DNA of 64,000 nt from Vitrella brassicaformis CCMP3155. Taxonomy: Eukaryota > Protista > Chromerida. Where the stretch lies: the NCBI GenBank assembly GCA_001179505.1, contig CDMY01000403.1, positions 21,790 through 85,789 of the forward strand, given 5' to 3'. Each line of letters begins with the position of its first letter. The stretch's first letter is position 1. The position numbers were made by a program, and so were the translations under genes. The notes beneath the pieces were generated by a model. It was given only the letters and a program-made list of their open reading frames with translations, was not told the origin of the DNA and searched no databases. Below, in pieces: positions 38,482 to 51,671 of this stretch.

Positions 38482-41473
38482 ATGAACACGCCGAGCACCT
38501 ACGCGAGCGAGTATCCTTACCCCCCTCCGCCGTCCACGGACATATCGGTGTCCATCCCGGCCGCACCCACGGTGTGCGTGTCGGCTCCCAGCGGCAGCGG
38601 CAATGTGTATGAGGACATGACGGCCGGCGGGTACGGCCCTGGGCAGTATGATGGGTCGGGCGGCGACCAGGACGCGGCGGGGATGCAGCAGACGGTGCTG
38701 CTCGCCAACGACTGCTTCTATAAGGTGAGCGAGCGGGGGAAGGGAGGGACGAAGTAAAGCTCTCTCCATTCCATTCGTTCGCACAGCGAGTGGATTGTAT
38801 GTCCGTTGTGTCCTGTCTGTCGATGTGTGATCGTGACCATTGATTGTGTGCAGACCAAGTTGTGTCCGCATGCCTTGGAGGGTTACTGCCGCAAGGGCGT
38901 CAGCTGCTCGTTTGCGCATTCCCAGGCGGAGCTGCGGCCCCTGCCCAACCTCAAAAAGACACGACTCTGCGACACCTTCATGAAGGTGAGGGAGGGAGTG
39001 GCCTGGCCACACACACACACAGACGGACAGACACACAGGCAGACCCGATCCTATCTATGTGCCTTCGACTGTGTCTTGTGTATGTGTATGTGTGTTTATT
39101 TGCCAGACGGGCCGTTGCGACAACCTGAATTGCACCTTCGGTGAGTGAGGAAGGAAACACGCACGCACATGCTCATTCATGATGTGAGTGGGTGCCTTCC
39201 TTCCCATTGATTGTCCTGTGTGTGTGCAGCTCATGGGCAGGAGGAGCTGCGGGCTACGTCAGATTACTACAAGACCTCTCTGTGCTTCTTCTGGAAGAAC
39301 GGCGAGTGCAAGGCGGGCGAGCGGTGCAGACACGCTCACGGGTGGGTGAGGGCGGAAATGAGACGAGGGAGGGTGGACACAAATTCTCTCTCTCTCTCTA
39401 CTGTATTGTTTAGAGTGCATGAGTTGCGTCCGGCGCCTCCCCGTCGCCGGAACAAGAAGTCCCTGCAGGTGGTGACATCAGGGCTGTCAGGCAGGTTGCC
39501 ACAGCCCGCCGCGCCCGTCACGCCACAGAGCGCCGGGCCACAGTTCCACCGCACCAACGTCCCTGACCTCTCGCCCTGCCTGCCCTCGCCCACATCCACC
39601 TGGAGCGCGCACTCGCCATGGCCCGCTGGCGTCCCCTGCCCCTCGCCCCCGCCCCCGCCCCCGCCACACCCCCCCATGCCAATCAACAACCCGCCGCCCA
39701 TGCAGCTCACACCGAGGCAGGGCGGTGCCACTGGACACAGCAGCATCAGGTACGGTACGCGAGGGACCTTGTTCATGCGCACACATAGACGGATGGATGG
39801 ATGTGGAATTGTGAGTGAGTGCAGGAATGAGAACTGGCCGACGGCAAGTCAGAGCAACCCCCTGATGAAGAGTATGGGGGGCGACATGGCTGGCAGTGGT
39901 GGCGGCTGGGGCGGCCACGACGAGCGCATAAGACGGTCCCTGGGGCTGGGACCAAGGTATGCGGCAGGGGCAGCCAACGCCGCCATGCAGGACCATCAGC
40001 CCACCGACAGCAAGGACGGCGACCGCCATCCACAAGAGGACGAAGGTGAGATAGACCCATCCAAAGACGTGCAAACACCAATCCCAACAGCTGATGTGTG
40101 TGCCTGTCGCTCGCTTCAGTTCCTGCCTGGTGGGAGGGTACGGCTTCATCCTCATCCTCCGCCACCATTCTGAAGGCCACCACGCGACCGTCGGTGCCGC
40201 CGGGCATGCACATGCAGGGCGACGAGAGGCGGGCCGCTGCGCCTGTGAGGACAACCAGCTCGTGGGGGCCCAACCCACAAGCACAACCTTTCGTGCCAAA
40301 AGCCAGGTATCTATCTATCTGTGTGGGTGGGTGGGTGGGAACAACGAACGAGGTAGGTCTACAAAATCTGCTCTGATGTGCTGTGTGTGTGGTGCACTTT
40401 CTTTCGTCAGCCTGTGGCGTGAGACGACGGTTTCTGGGGCGAGGAGCGCCGCTTCAAACCCTGACGTAGGCACAGCCCGCACACAGATCAGATATGCACA
40501 CCCGTGCAACGAACGTCCTCTGTCTCTTGTTCACTCATTTCTTTCCTTTAGACACAGTCCGGTTCATCTCCCGGCCAGGCATCCGCCGGCGGCGCGTCAA
40601 CGGTGTCGATCTTCGCCAACCCCTCGCCCTTCGCCCCAACGGCCACCCCATCGGCCATGCCGCAGCAGCCAGTACACACCGACAGCCCCACCCGCACCGC
40701 AGAGGAACATGCATGGCTGCTCAACCTGAGGCCCGACGAGAGCGACCCCTCCGTGGACGTGTCCGTGCTGGACCCGAGCAGCAAGGACCTGCTCAGCCGG
40801 TTGCCGGCCGACGAGCAGCCGCTGTTTATAGAGTTCCTGCGGTACAAGAGGGAGCGCGGCATGGTTGGCGGCATGCACAGCAGATCCACGGCCACAACCA
40901 CGCCCACAAGGCGGCACTTCTCCTCCCCCTTTGGGCTGGGCCTCACGCCAGAAGGGCTGCCGTCCTCGCCCCCACAGGCACAGAACGCGTCCCCCGATAG
41001 CACCGACTCAGTCTTTCTGCGGCCGATCGCCATACAGCACCGGAGCCACTCTGACAACGGAATGAGCATCAGCGGGGGAGGATCGGTGTCGCCGGGAGAG
41101 AGGGGGAGGGGCGGTGTGGGTGTCGATTCGGCGGGTGGTGATGGGGGGCACGTGTCGCCCGCTGTGGCTGTGGACGTCAGGGGGGGTGCGGCGATTGCGT
41201 GGGACGAGGAGCAGGAGAGCGAACAGTACAACCGAATAGAAGAGGTACGCACGCGTCGGGACACACACACACACAAACGGAGATTCCATGCATGTTTGGC
41301 TGTCTCTAATCTCAGCTGGCATCCTCATGTCTGTCCGGTGCGGGCAGCGCCCCCTTCTCCCTCCTCGAGGCGCCTGGCAGCAGCACCACGTCGACCACCC
41401 CAACGCACCCCTTCTCCCCAACCCCCTGGGCGTGCGGCCTGCCGTCGGTGCTGGAGGTCAGCCACTCCAATGA
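38482..41473 (+). CDS. Triple CCCH zinc-finger (ZFP36/TTP-like) RNA-binding protein with a long low-complexity C-terminus; 3' end uncertain
   Basis: Spliced [49 protein letters not shown] and [25 protein letters not shown]. Confidence 0.85.
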
Positions 41474-44400
41474 GGACAGCCCGCAGAGTGACATCAACCT
41501 CGGCACAGCGCATGTCAATGACAAGGACGAGGAGGAGGAGGAGATGATCCGGGGCGGTGGGGGGTCGGGCAGCGACGGCACCACACACGAGGGCGAGGAG
41601 TGAGTTGAGTGAGTGATAGGTAGATATCTAGAGCGTGTGGCTGGCTGGCTCCCTCATGTAGGGGAAGGGAGGGAGGTGTGTGTAAGGGCGGAGGGAGGGG
41701 GCGAGCGAACGAGTACCGAGCGAAGGGCTCTGGTGCTCCTTTACTTGTTTGCTCGTTGGCTGGTCGGTTGATTGATTGATTCGTGATAAATGAGTGGTTG
41801 AGTGAGTGCTGTGATGAGTGCGCCGCTTTTTTCGCGTGCAGATGAGAGACAGACAGTGCGCGCATAATGGCGTTCGGTGTGTGCTGGTTGGTGTGGTCGG
41901 TGTCCTGTGGTCTTTCTGTTGTGGTGTGGCAGGCAGCCTGTGTGTGATAACGATACCATACCCCTCACACAAAAAAGACAGAAGAAACCAAAGAAAGAAA
42001 GAAAGTGGCTGGCCTGGTTGGTTGACGTTTTTTGGACGCAAGAATGAACGTCTGTATGTCTGCCTGCCTGCCTGTCTGTCTGCCTGTCTGCCTGTGAGGG
42101 AGTGAGCAGTGTCCGTGACTCGACCTGTGTATGTATCTCTGTCTGTCTCCAGTCGGGGCGGCCAACTTAGGGGATATGCACGGTGCAGAACACTCAGGGA
42201 TACGTACGGACTCATGTGCTGTGCACCGTGTCCCAGTGTGTTCTGTACCGTGTCCCAGAAGCTGGCCGCCCCGCCGTACTCGCCCATCATGCATCTGTGT
42301 CTGCCTCTTGTGTATGTCCCGCCCTTGTCTCTTTTTTGGCCTCTTCGAAGGCATCTGTCTGTCTGTCTGTCTGTTGTATTGAATTAGGTGAGGCGTGTAG
42401 GCAAGCTAGAGAGAGACACACTACTTACTTAGTCAAGACAGAGAGAAGGAGAGCCAGAGAGGCAGGGCGAGGCAGGAGATGGACGGACGCTTACGCATTT
42501 TTGCATCCATCGTCAGTTCCTGCCTGCCTGCCTGCCTGTCTGTCTATCTGTCTGTCTGTGAGGCGATGGGCCGTCGTATTGCCACCGTATCAGCCAGCCC
42601 ACCTGCATCCCTCCCACCCTCCCACCCTCCCTCCCTCCCTCCCTTGTTGTCGTGGGTGGCATGTCCCATGGTGAAGTGCCGTCACGTCACACCGACTGAC
42701 GGGCCGGTGATTCATCATTCCAGGCCGCCTGACATGACACGCCTCACGTGGGGCTGGGCTGCACCGATGGATACGATGAATGACGTGGGCAGGGAGGGAG
42801 GGAGGGAGGGACGGAGTCGCTGTTGCTGTGAGTGCAGCTAATGAATGAATGGCCGGCCATCCATCCATCCATCCATTTTTGATGAAAGGGCAAAGGCAAA
42901 CAGAGGGAGAAAGCAGGCAGGGCAGGTGCATGACATGATCGATGGATCCGTACGAGGGCCCGGGGGCGCAACCAACCAGAGGGGAATGTGCTGATTGATG
43001 CTTTTTGCCGTCCGTCTCGTGTTGCGTTGCGCCCCCTCCCATCCCGTCCACGCCTCCAGTCCATCCACAAGAGAGAGAGAGAGAATTCGTGTGTGCAGGC
43101 AGGCAGGCAGGCACGCACGCACGCACATAGCGACTGGCAACTTTTTCGTATTGCTGGTTGGTTGGTTGGTTCGTGTCACTCTTGTGGCCTGACCCTTATC
43201 ACTCTCCCTCCCTCCCTCCCGCCTGTATTGCATGCTTGTCCGACCTTTTTCTGCATCTTATCCGCAGTCTCTCTCTCCCTGGCTGTGCAGTGCACACACA
43301 CAAACACCTTGGGGATGTTTTTTCTTTGGTGGCTGGCTGGCTGGGTGATTGGATGGATGGATGGATGGGCGGATGGGTGCGAGAGATGGCGAGCAGGCAG
43401 AAACGGACGGAGGGAGGGAGGGAGGGGTGGAGGGGAAGCCGACTTTTTCCCGTCTGTCTGTCTGGTTGCCTAAGGCTGCTGTTTGTCTGAGAAACAGTGT
43501 GTGTGTGTCTGTGTCTGTGTCTGTCTGGAGAGCAAAGCAACGAGGTGGATTTTTGCCCATGTGTATTCTCGTCTGTCTGTCTGTCTGTCCCATTGAAAGC
43601 TGCCTAACGGCACCCCACGTCTCGTCTGCTTCTCTTCCCTCTCTCTCTCTCTGAGTCTTTGTATGTGTGTACTTTTTGGGGGTCTATTTGTCCGTTCCTG
43701 CCCAGCCTCCCTCCCTCCCTCCCTCCCTCCCCCCCCCGTAACTCGCCCACTGCAACGAACCACGACCGCAGTATTCCCGTCGGTCCACACGGCCAGCCGC
43801 CCGGCTCATTCATCGCAGCACAAGAGCCAGTCAGCCAGCCTGGCCACTCGGAGTTTTTTCCCCTCTGAGACGACGACTGACTGCCAGTGGAATGGCTGGC
43901 TCTTTCTCACCTCCGCGTGGCGTTCGTTGTTTTTTCCTTTTTATTCCATTGATCTGCTCCATTCCATTCATCGATGCGTTGGGTTCCTGTCGGCCTGTGT
44001 GTCTGCCTGCCGTGTGGTTTTGATTTCATCCCTCCCTCCATCCATCCGGCTGTTCATCGTTCCAAGTGTCTATCCACTTTTTCTGCTTTTGTGCTGGTCG
44101 TGAAAGAGAGACAGAGAGAGAGAGATGTGTGTGGTGATGACCTGACCCATCAATCGTGTACGCCCTGCCCTGCCCTGCCTGCCCTTCTGGCTGCCTGCCC
44201 CTTTCTCTCTGTGAGCGAGCGTGTGTGTACTCGGTGCTAGCTGTCTGTCTGTCTGTCTGTCCCTGTGTGTGTGCAGTGGCATACAATCGTACCACACAGA
44301 GAGCATTGAAACCTGTTGGAGTGCCATCTATCGTGTGGTACACGGCGGGAGGGAGGGAGGGAGGGAGGGAGGGAGTGCAGAGGCGGGGCTTTCTTTATGT

Positions 44401-45619
44401 ACCTGCTGGCTGACTGACCTGATGCAGCTGTCGTGTTCGTAAGTGTGGCACGATGGATGTGAGAGACTTTTGTGCTGTGTGTGCGTCCCTGAGGCGTCTG
44501 TCTGATGTGTTGTTATGTGTTGTGTGGTGTTGTGTGTGGTGTTTGTGTGCACATGATGACTGACTGACAATAATCGCAGTGCGAGCGATGGATGGATGCT
44601 GGTGAGTGACTGTGGTGACTGAGTGAGTGAGCAAACCTATTACTGACTGACTGGCCTGAAAACTCTCAAGCAAACCGAATGGTTGATCCGATCAGCCGAC
44701 GGCACGCACGGCTGTGAGGAAAAAATTCAATTGCATGTATATATGTGTGTGTGCGTCCATCCGCACCAACACCACAGCGGAGCATTTGGCCCCACCACCC
44801 CTCCCTCCGTCTGTGCGCTGGGCGCAGAGACACCTGGGGCGGGCAGCATATGGGCGCATAGTGAGTGATACACAGAAAGACTGACTGCTTCGGTCGGTGT
44901 GTTTGGTGTCCCTCCCGTCTGTGTGGATCGGCCGAATCTCCCCTTGTCACGCACGTCGGCCATCTGTGTGTGAAGACACACAGACGGCCGGCGTCCACGA
45001 CAAGCAAGAGAATCGATCCCACATCGACATGGGCACAGGCATACACACGAAGAACGACCGCACCGCACAGAGACAGACAGACATTCATCGCGGGGTCCAG
45101 TCCACAAACGCCCCCCTCCCCATAAGCATCTCATCTCATCTGTGCGTTCCCCGGCCACCAGCGGCAGACACACACACGGACAGGCGAGAGAAAGGGGAGG
45201 AAGGGGAGCTGGGTACGTACGTACGAACACATACACATCAACGCCAGCCACGCCCCCAGGCACGTGTGTCGTGGGTGGGTGGGGTGCACCCCATTTCCCT
45301 TTCAAACGACCGAGGGAGGGAGGAAGGGAGGGAGGGAGGGAGATAGGCAGACAGACAGACAGGCACGGACAGACACACATCCGCGCGAACGTCAGTCACT
45401 CCGAACACTCGTCCACGAGACACGTATAAACCAGCCAGACAGTCAGAAACAGAGAGAGAGGGAGACGTCAGTCAGTGTACAGGCAGACCCGCCCTCCCCT
45501 CCCTTAGAATCCCTCCCCTCCCTCCCTCCCTCCCTCCCCCACACACACGTGTGTACCCTTACATACACATACATATGTCGTGTGTGTGGTGTGGTGTGGG
45601 TATGGGATCGTCCGTCCGT

Positions 45620-47098
45620 CTACTCCCTGTACCACTTGCGCGCGTGAGCCGCGTAGGTCTCTGACAGACACACACACAGACACACACGGCCACACACACG
45701 AGTTCCTATCTGTCTCCTTCTCTTCTTCTCCCGCCTACGTACGTTACGTGAGTGTTCTTAATTAACATCACATAATACCTGGTGCAACCGCCTCTACGAC
45801 GATGGGCATGAAGCCGTGCAGAGTACCGCAGTACTCACTGCAATCATCGATCAGATCAGTGAGTGGGTGGGCGGATGGATGGATGGATGGACAGACGCAC
45901 ACATCACACACATGGTATGGGTGTGTGTGTAGTGCAGTGCAGCGCACAATGTGAGTGGGTACCCACCTGCACTGTCCGTAGAAGACGCCCTCGCGCTGGA
46001 TGAAGGTGTGGATCTTGTGCAGACGGCCGGGGGTGGCGTCGGCCTTGATGCCCAGCGATGGCACGGCCCTGCATACAAACAAACAAACACACGCACACCA
46101 CACTCAGGCGGGCGCATGCAGATGTCAGACAGATGTGTGCGTGTGTCCCTCCCCCAGTGGCTGGCTGGCTGGCTCACCAGCTGTGAATGACGTCGGTGCC
46201 CGTGATGAGGAAGCGGATGTGTGTGCGCGTCGGCAACGTCAGGCGCTTGTCCACCTCCAGCTGACGCAACATACCTACACAACACGCGCACATCACATCA
46301 CATCACATCACATACTCAATCAAAAGAATCCATACATGTCCGTTCCGGTGTGGTGTTGTGTGGGGTGTGTTGGAGCCACAATGGTTGGTATGGTTGGTAC
46401 CTACCGGGTTTGAGGTCTTCGTCAACGACCATATTGCTCTGGAAGACGTAATAGGTCGGGATCTCCGCACCGTCCAAATACTACACACACAACACACCAC
46501 ACCACACACACAGGGAGCATACATACATTTCATGATCATGACATGTCATGTCATGATACACGCGAGCCCTCTGCTCTGCTCTGCTGTGTGTGTGTGTGTG
46601 TGTGTATGGGTGGGTGGGTGCGTGTGTGTCCCTCCCTCCCTACCTCCCTCCCTACCTTTTGCGGCGTGGGGTAGTCTTCGGGTTTGACGTCCTTGAGCTT
46701 GGGCTTGTACTCCGGCACACTCAGCGACAAATCTGCAGACACATACATGGACAGTCAGTACACACACCAAAAACCACAATAAAACAAACGCGATTGATAG
46801 AGATGCACACGCTGCGCCTATGCGATGCGATGCGATGCGTCACGTCTGTCTGCCTGTCCTCTCCCTCTCCCTCCCTCCCTGACCTTGATCAACACTTTTG
46901 GCCTCGAGCGTCTCCATCTTGGGCGCCGGACCCTTATGCAATGACACACACACCAAGCACCATGCCCAGACAGACAGACAGACAGTGTGTGTGGTCCAGC
47001 CAGCCTCCTACCGATGGCGGGGCGAATTCAACGTTGGATTTGTATTGTCTGAACCCCATGTTGGTCATGGCCGTTCTCACGTAATCTACCAGCGTCAT
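45620..47098 (-). CDS. COX2B: Cytochrome c oxidase subunit 2b (nuclear-encoded C-terminal CuA half of split COX2)
   Basis: Spliced [61 protein letters not shown]...[25 protein letters not shown]...[11 protein letters not shown]-stop; CuA ligands present, TM helices absent. Confidence 0.93.
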
Positions 47099-47460
47099 CC
47101 TGCCGCCGTGCAGCCACACACACACACACGCACCTGCCACAACCACACACAGGTGCTGCGCTGCGTGTGGCGTCTTGCGGCTATCCCCGCCCTCTCCCCT
47201 TTCCTGCGCTGTGTGACCCTCTCACCTCTCCCTACGTGCCGGCCGGGCCGATCTCTCGTGAACGTTCTCGCCAAACAGCACCCGAAAAGGCCGGGACGAG
47301 CAGCCCCGGTCTCAGAGTGAGATGTGGATCCGCCCGACTCTCAGACACAGGAGAGCACCAATGCCGACGTCTGCTCCCCTTCGCTACAAGAAAAGCGGAG
47401 ACGCGAGCTTGTGAGCTAAGCTCGCCAGGGCTAGAGGGAGGAGGGGGGAAGGAGAGGACG

Positions 47461-49801
47461 ATGCGGAGAGTCAAGACGGGTGCGGTGTCTGCCGAGATGC
47501 AGCAGGCTGCCGATGCAGCGAGGGAAGAACTGGTAAGGACCATGGAACATTCGAGTACTGTACATGCCACGCATCGCATCACTGGACAGCTCACACAGAG
47601 ATCTCATCACCTACCTCTGTGTGTGCGTCTGAATGCAGTTTGAGGACGACGAAGTGAGGGCTTAGCCGCACTCAGGAGGATGATTGTTGAATGGCCACGC
47701 ACAGATCTCCTCCCTCTGTGTGTATGGTGTGGGTGTGCGTGCATTGCAGGCGCTGCGTGCGTTGCAGCACATCCTGACAGAGGACGAGAAGAAGCGACTC
47801 GACCGCCGGCGGCCGCCCGGCGCAGCACGCCACCCTACCGACGACCTCGCACCTCACTACCTCTCACTCGCAGGACCCGGTGAGGGTCGTGTGCTTGTCC
47901 ACAACAAACAGACAAACAGTCCCACATCCTCTCTATCCGACGGACGGACGGCTGTCTGTCTGTCTGTCTGTCTGTCTGTGTCCATGTGTGCACATGTCAG
48001 GCATTGAGTCTGAAGATGGTGACAGCGAGATGACTGTGGCTGCCTTCCTGGAGGCCCAGAGGGTGGAGCTGCGGCGGCAGGCCGCTCCCTCACTCACCTG
48101 CCAGCCGATGGCCACACCACCCGTCCCCACACACACACAGGCCAAGGCGGCACCACCACAGCCACCAGCAGCAGCTGCTGCTGCTGCAGCAGGTGGTGGT
48201 GGTGGTGACGAGAGCCCTCGTGGCGGTGCCACCGGTGGGGTGGGTGTGAAGATGGACCACCCGATGACAGGTGCTGAGGACCACCTTGACAAGCGGCAGG
48301 AGGGGGATGCTGTGGTGCGGGACCCCACAACGGGGACCTTTATACAGTTCAAGAACATCCGGTGTGTACGTGAGGAAGGGAGGGACAGACAGAGGGATGG
48401 AGATGGAAATGCCGTCACACGTCACCTTACTTACGTGTGTGCGTGTCTGTCCTGTTGTCCTGTTGTGTCATGTCTCTTCCCTAACAGTCGCTATCTGACC
48501 CACAAGACGGGCCACGGCACGGGGTGCGGCATCCTGGGGTTCCCCTTTGTGGTCGTCTCCACCAAACAGTCGGACGGCCCACACATATACCCAAACAGCC
48601 TGCAACTCACCCTCAAATACAAGGTGGGTAGGTGGGTAGGGGGGCAATCAAGGCAATCAAGCGCTGTCTGGGAGTTTCTGTGTGACCAAATGGGTCGTGT
48701 TGGCTGTCTGTCTATCTGTCTGGCTGTCCGTCTGTGGGCGTGTGTGTGCGCGTGCCAGATAGAGAAGCACATGTGTGTGGTGCTGGAGCAGCGGCTGCGC
48801 GAGGCCCTCGACGTGCTCCTGCACCTCAGCAGACTCAGGCGCAGGGGACGGCCCAAACCTCTGCAGGCCTTCGCGCGTGGTGTGGGTGGGAGGGGCAAGT
48901 CGGTGCCCACCCTCTCCCGCGCAGGGGCGGGTAAGGTGGGCCCCCGGGTGGCCATGATGCCCACCATGTCTGACACAGAGGTGGCCTTCTACGAGACAAA
49001 CGAAGACAACGGGGGCAAGCAAATCACACTTGACGACGTCAAACACGCGTACGATTGCTGGCTGGCTGCACGGGCCCGCCAGACCAGAATCGACAGCACT
49101 GCACTGACTGCACATGTATGTGTGGTGTGTTGTCAGGCTGTCGATGCAGCTGCTGCCGGCTTTGTGTCTGCCTGGCCGGGGGGCCAGCCCACGCATCATG
49201 TGCCTCGTCAAGGAGCTCGACCAGACACAGCATAGAGCCACCGACTCGCCAAGTGCCAGCAGCAGCGACCAGCAGCACACGGTGCACCCCGCCAAGGCCC
49301 TCCATGACAATCCGTTCACCCGCACACCGTTCGAGGGAGACCCCCTCAAACCGTTTGACCTTCCCCCGCCGACCAAGATGGGCGAGGTGGGTGGTCTTGA
49401 CACGGACACCGCTCCACAGACACTGCTACTGCTGCCGCGAAAGCGGCGGTACTTGGAGAGCTCTTCCTACGGTCCATCGAGCCTTCAGGTGTGTGTGTCC
49501 GCACGCGTGACTGACACATACATACTCGCCCCGCCCACGACGTATCTATGTGTGTTGTGTGTGTGTGTGTTATGTGTGTGTGTGTGTGCAGCTGGGTAAG
49601 GACACCAGCGAGCAGGACCACGATCAGGATCAGAGTGCGAGTGACGAGAACGAGTCGGGGAGTGCGGCGGCAGACGACGACATCGAGGATGGGATGGCCG
49701 ATGATGATGGTGATGGTGGCAGCAGCAGTGCAGCTGCCGCGGATCAGCGGCCGTTTGTCGGTGCGGGGAGGGGCAAGGAGCGGCCGGGGCAGGGCAGGTA
49801 G
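47461..49801 (+). CDS. Hypothetical nuclear protein with a conserved-looking central domain (possibly DP/E2F-dimerisation-like) and one AT-hook-like RGRP
   Basis: Spliced core FIQFKNIRYLTHKTGHGTGCGILGFPFVVVSTK...IEKHMCVVLEQRLREALDVLLHLSRLRRRGRPK; exon structure with (GT)n introns; acidic last exon. Confidence 0.55.
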
Positions 49802-49899
49802 CTAGCTAGGTGGGTAGGTAGCTGGCTTGATGTGTTCGATGGGGGTGGCCTGACTGACCTGGCCTGTCCGGTCCGCCCATCACACACATCCGCGTGTGA

Positions 49900-51443
49900 A
49901 GATCTATGTATGTAATCAATTGTCGAAGAAGTATTCAACATGTAAAATGTCTTGATGCCGATGCGATGGATGCCTACCGAAGCCGGCCGGCCATTGATTG
50001 ATCGCATTCATTGTATGTCCGTCTCATTTACACATGCCTGCCACTCACTGTCCTTACTGTCTGTACACAGACATAGCGACCGACACCACAAAGCGTTCGC
50101 ATCACCCCACATAGCATCATAGCATCATAGCACACCGAATGTATGGATCGCCGGATGGGATGGGATGCCCACCCCACCCGAGCGAGGGTCATGTAGGTCA
50201 TTATCCCGGTTTCTTTGGGTATCGAATCTGTCCCTTGATGATGCCCCAAGAGTGGTGCTCGCCCGTCTTCATACGCTGCATCGTATACCTGCCGACAGAC
50301 AAGACAGGTGTGTCGACAGACAGACAGACAGACAGACGTCCATCACATTTGCACAATGAGTTAGTTGGTTGGTGGGTTGGTCGTGTCACTGTCAGTCACT
50401 GTGTGTCTACGTGACGTGACGTGACGTACGTCTTCTTGGGCATGAGCAGCTTCTGTTGGTCCCAAATGGCGCTGAAAGTGTGTGGGCTGCTCTCCACCCT
50501 CTCGCGGAACTTCTGCAGCTCACGCTTGAACTCGGGCAAGGCTGCCACCTGCAACCACATACACATACACACACACGTACACACAAAAGGCACATGTCCG
50601 TGTGTTTGCGTGTGTGTATGTGTGTGTGCATGTGTGTGTACCGTACCACAGTGTCGAGGTCCTCTCTGCTGAGATACATGAGCGGCCGGCGGGCAAAGTC
50701 GCTCACACACAGCACCGGGTGAATCGCCAACATGCTGCCGTCGGCTTCCAACTGTGCAGTCAGTACACACAACATACGTAGACCAACAGACCATATGGTA
50801 AACCGTGTGTGTGTCTGCCTGCCTGTGGGAATAGTGCACTGCAGCATTGCAGCTAGCCATCTTACTTACCTTGGGCGGGAGCAGCGGGTAAGGCCCCCTG
50901 GGCCCCTCCCAGTCCTCAAGGTCGATGGTCTCGTACGCATTGAAGACGAAGAACTGACGGCCCCACGGCTCGATCTGCACACAACACACGCACAGGACAG
51001 GCACACACAGGTGGATGGATGGATGGATGGCCCATACGCACGCACGTCTATCTACTCGCAGTAAGTAGGTACTGACTGGATGGAGCGGCGATGAGTCTGG
51101 CGGGGGCCATGTGAAGTAGTTCGCTCGACGGTTGCGGATGTCTGCAGACGACACAACACCACACATGGTCAGTGCACACACACACACCGTCACGTCACGT
51201 CACGTCCTTTGATGTGATCTTCCCATCTCACATCGATAGCAATTCCGCCGAACTGCAAGAAACAAACAAACAGACAGACACACACATGTTGCACACGCAC
51301 AGCAATGCCGTTCACACGCGCAACAAATCGGTTCACATCATCTGGGCAGTCCTTTCTTCTCAGCATCATCGCAGCAGCGGCAGCTCAGCTTACGTACGTT
51401 TGTTGTGGCGCACTCCCGTCGGGCGCGGGATGATGCCAGGCAT
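49900..51443 (-). CDS. Hypothetical protein, multi-exon; both ends uncertain
   Basis: Protein-like exons bounded by GT-AG and (CA/GT)n introns: IRNRRANYFTWPPPD / IEPWGRQFFVFNAYETIDLEDWEG / LAIHPVLCVSDFARRPLMYL / VAALPEFKRELQKFRERV / VYDAAYEDGRAPLLGHH. Confidence 0.5.
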
Positions 51444-51671
51444 CGCTCGCGACAATTTTTCAGTGCAGACGGCAACAAACTCTATCCTCCTTCCCAAGCT
51501 CAGCTCGCAGATCTTGAGCTCGCTGGGGGAGAAAGGAGGGGAAACGGTTCGCGGAGGCTTTGCGGAGGAGGAGGCAGTCAGTTGGACGACAAACACGACG
51601 AAAAGTGCGAGATTGAATCATCCGGCGAGGCTCCAGATCTGTCAGCGCGCACACCAGCAGCAGATCTGCCA

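Noticed and set aside
41600-45600. Many 100-180 aa ORFs in a 4-kb stretch
   Set aside because: They translate microsatellites (CVCV, PSLP, DRQT, WMDG); I found no coherent exon chain or recognisable domain, so it is treated as intergenic/UTR. A hidden ncRNA cannot be excluded without RNA data.
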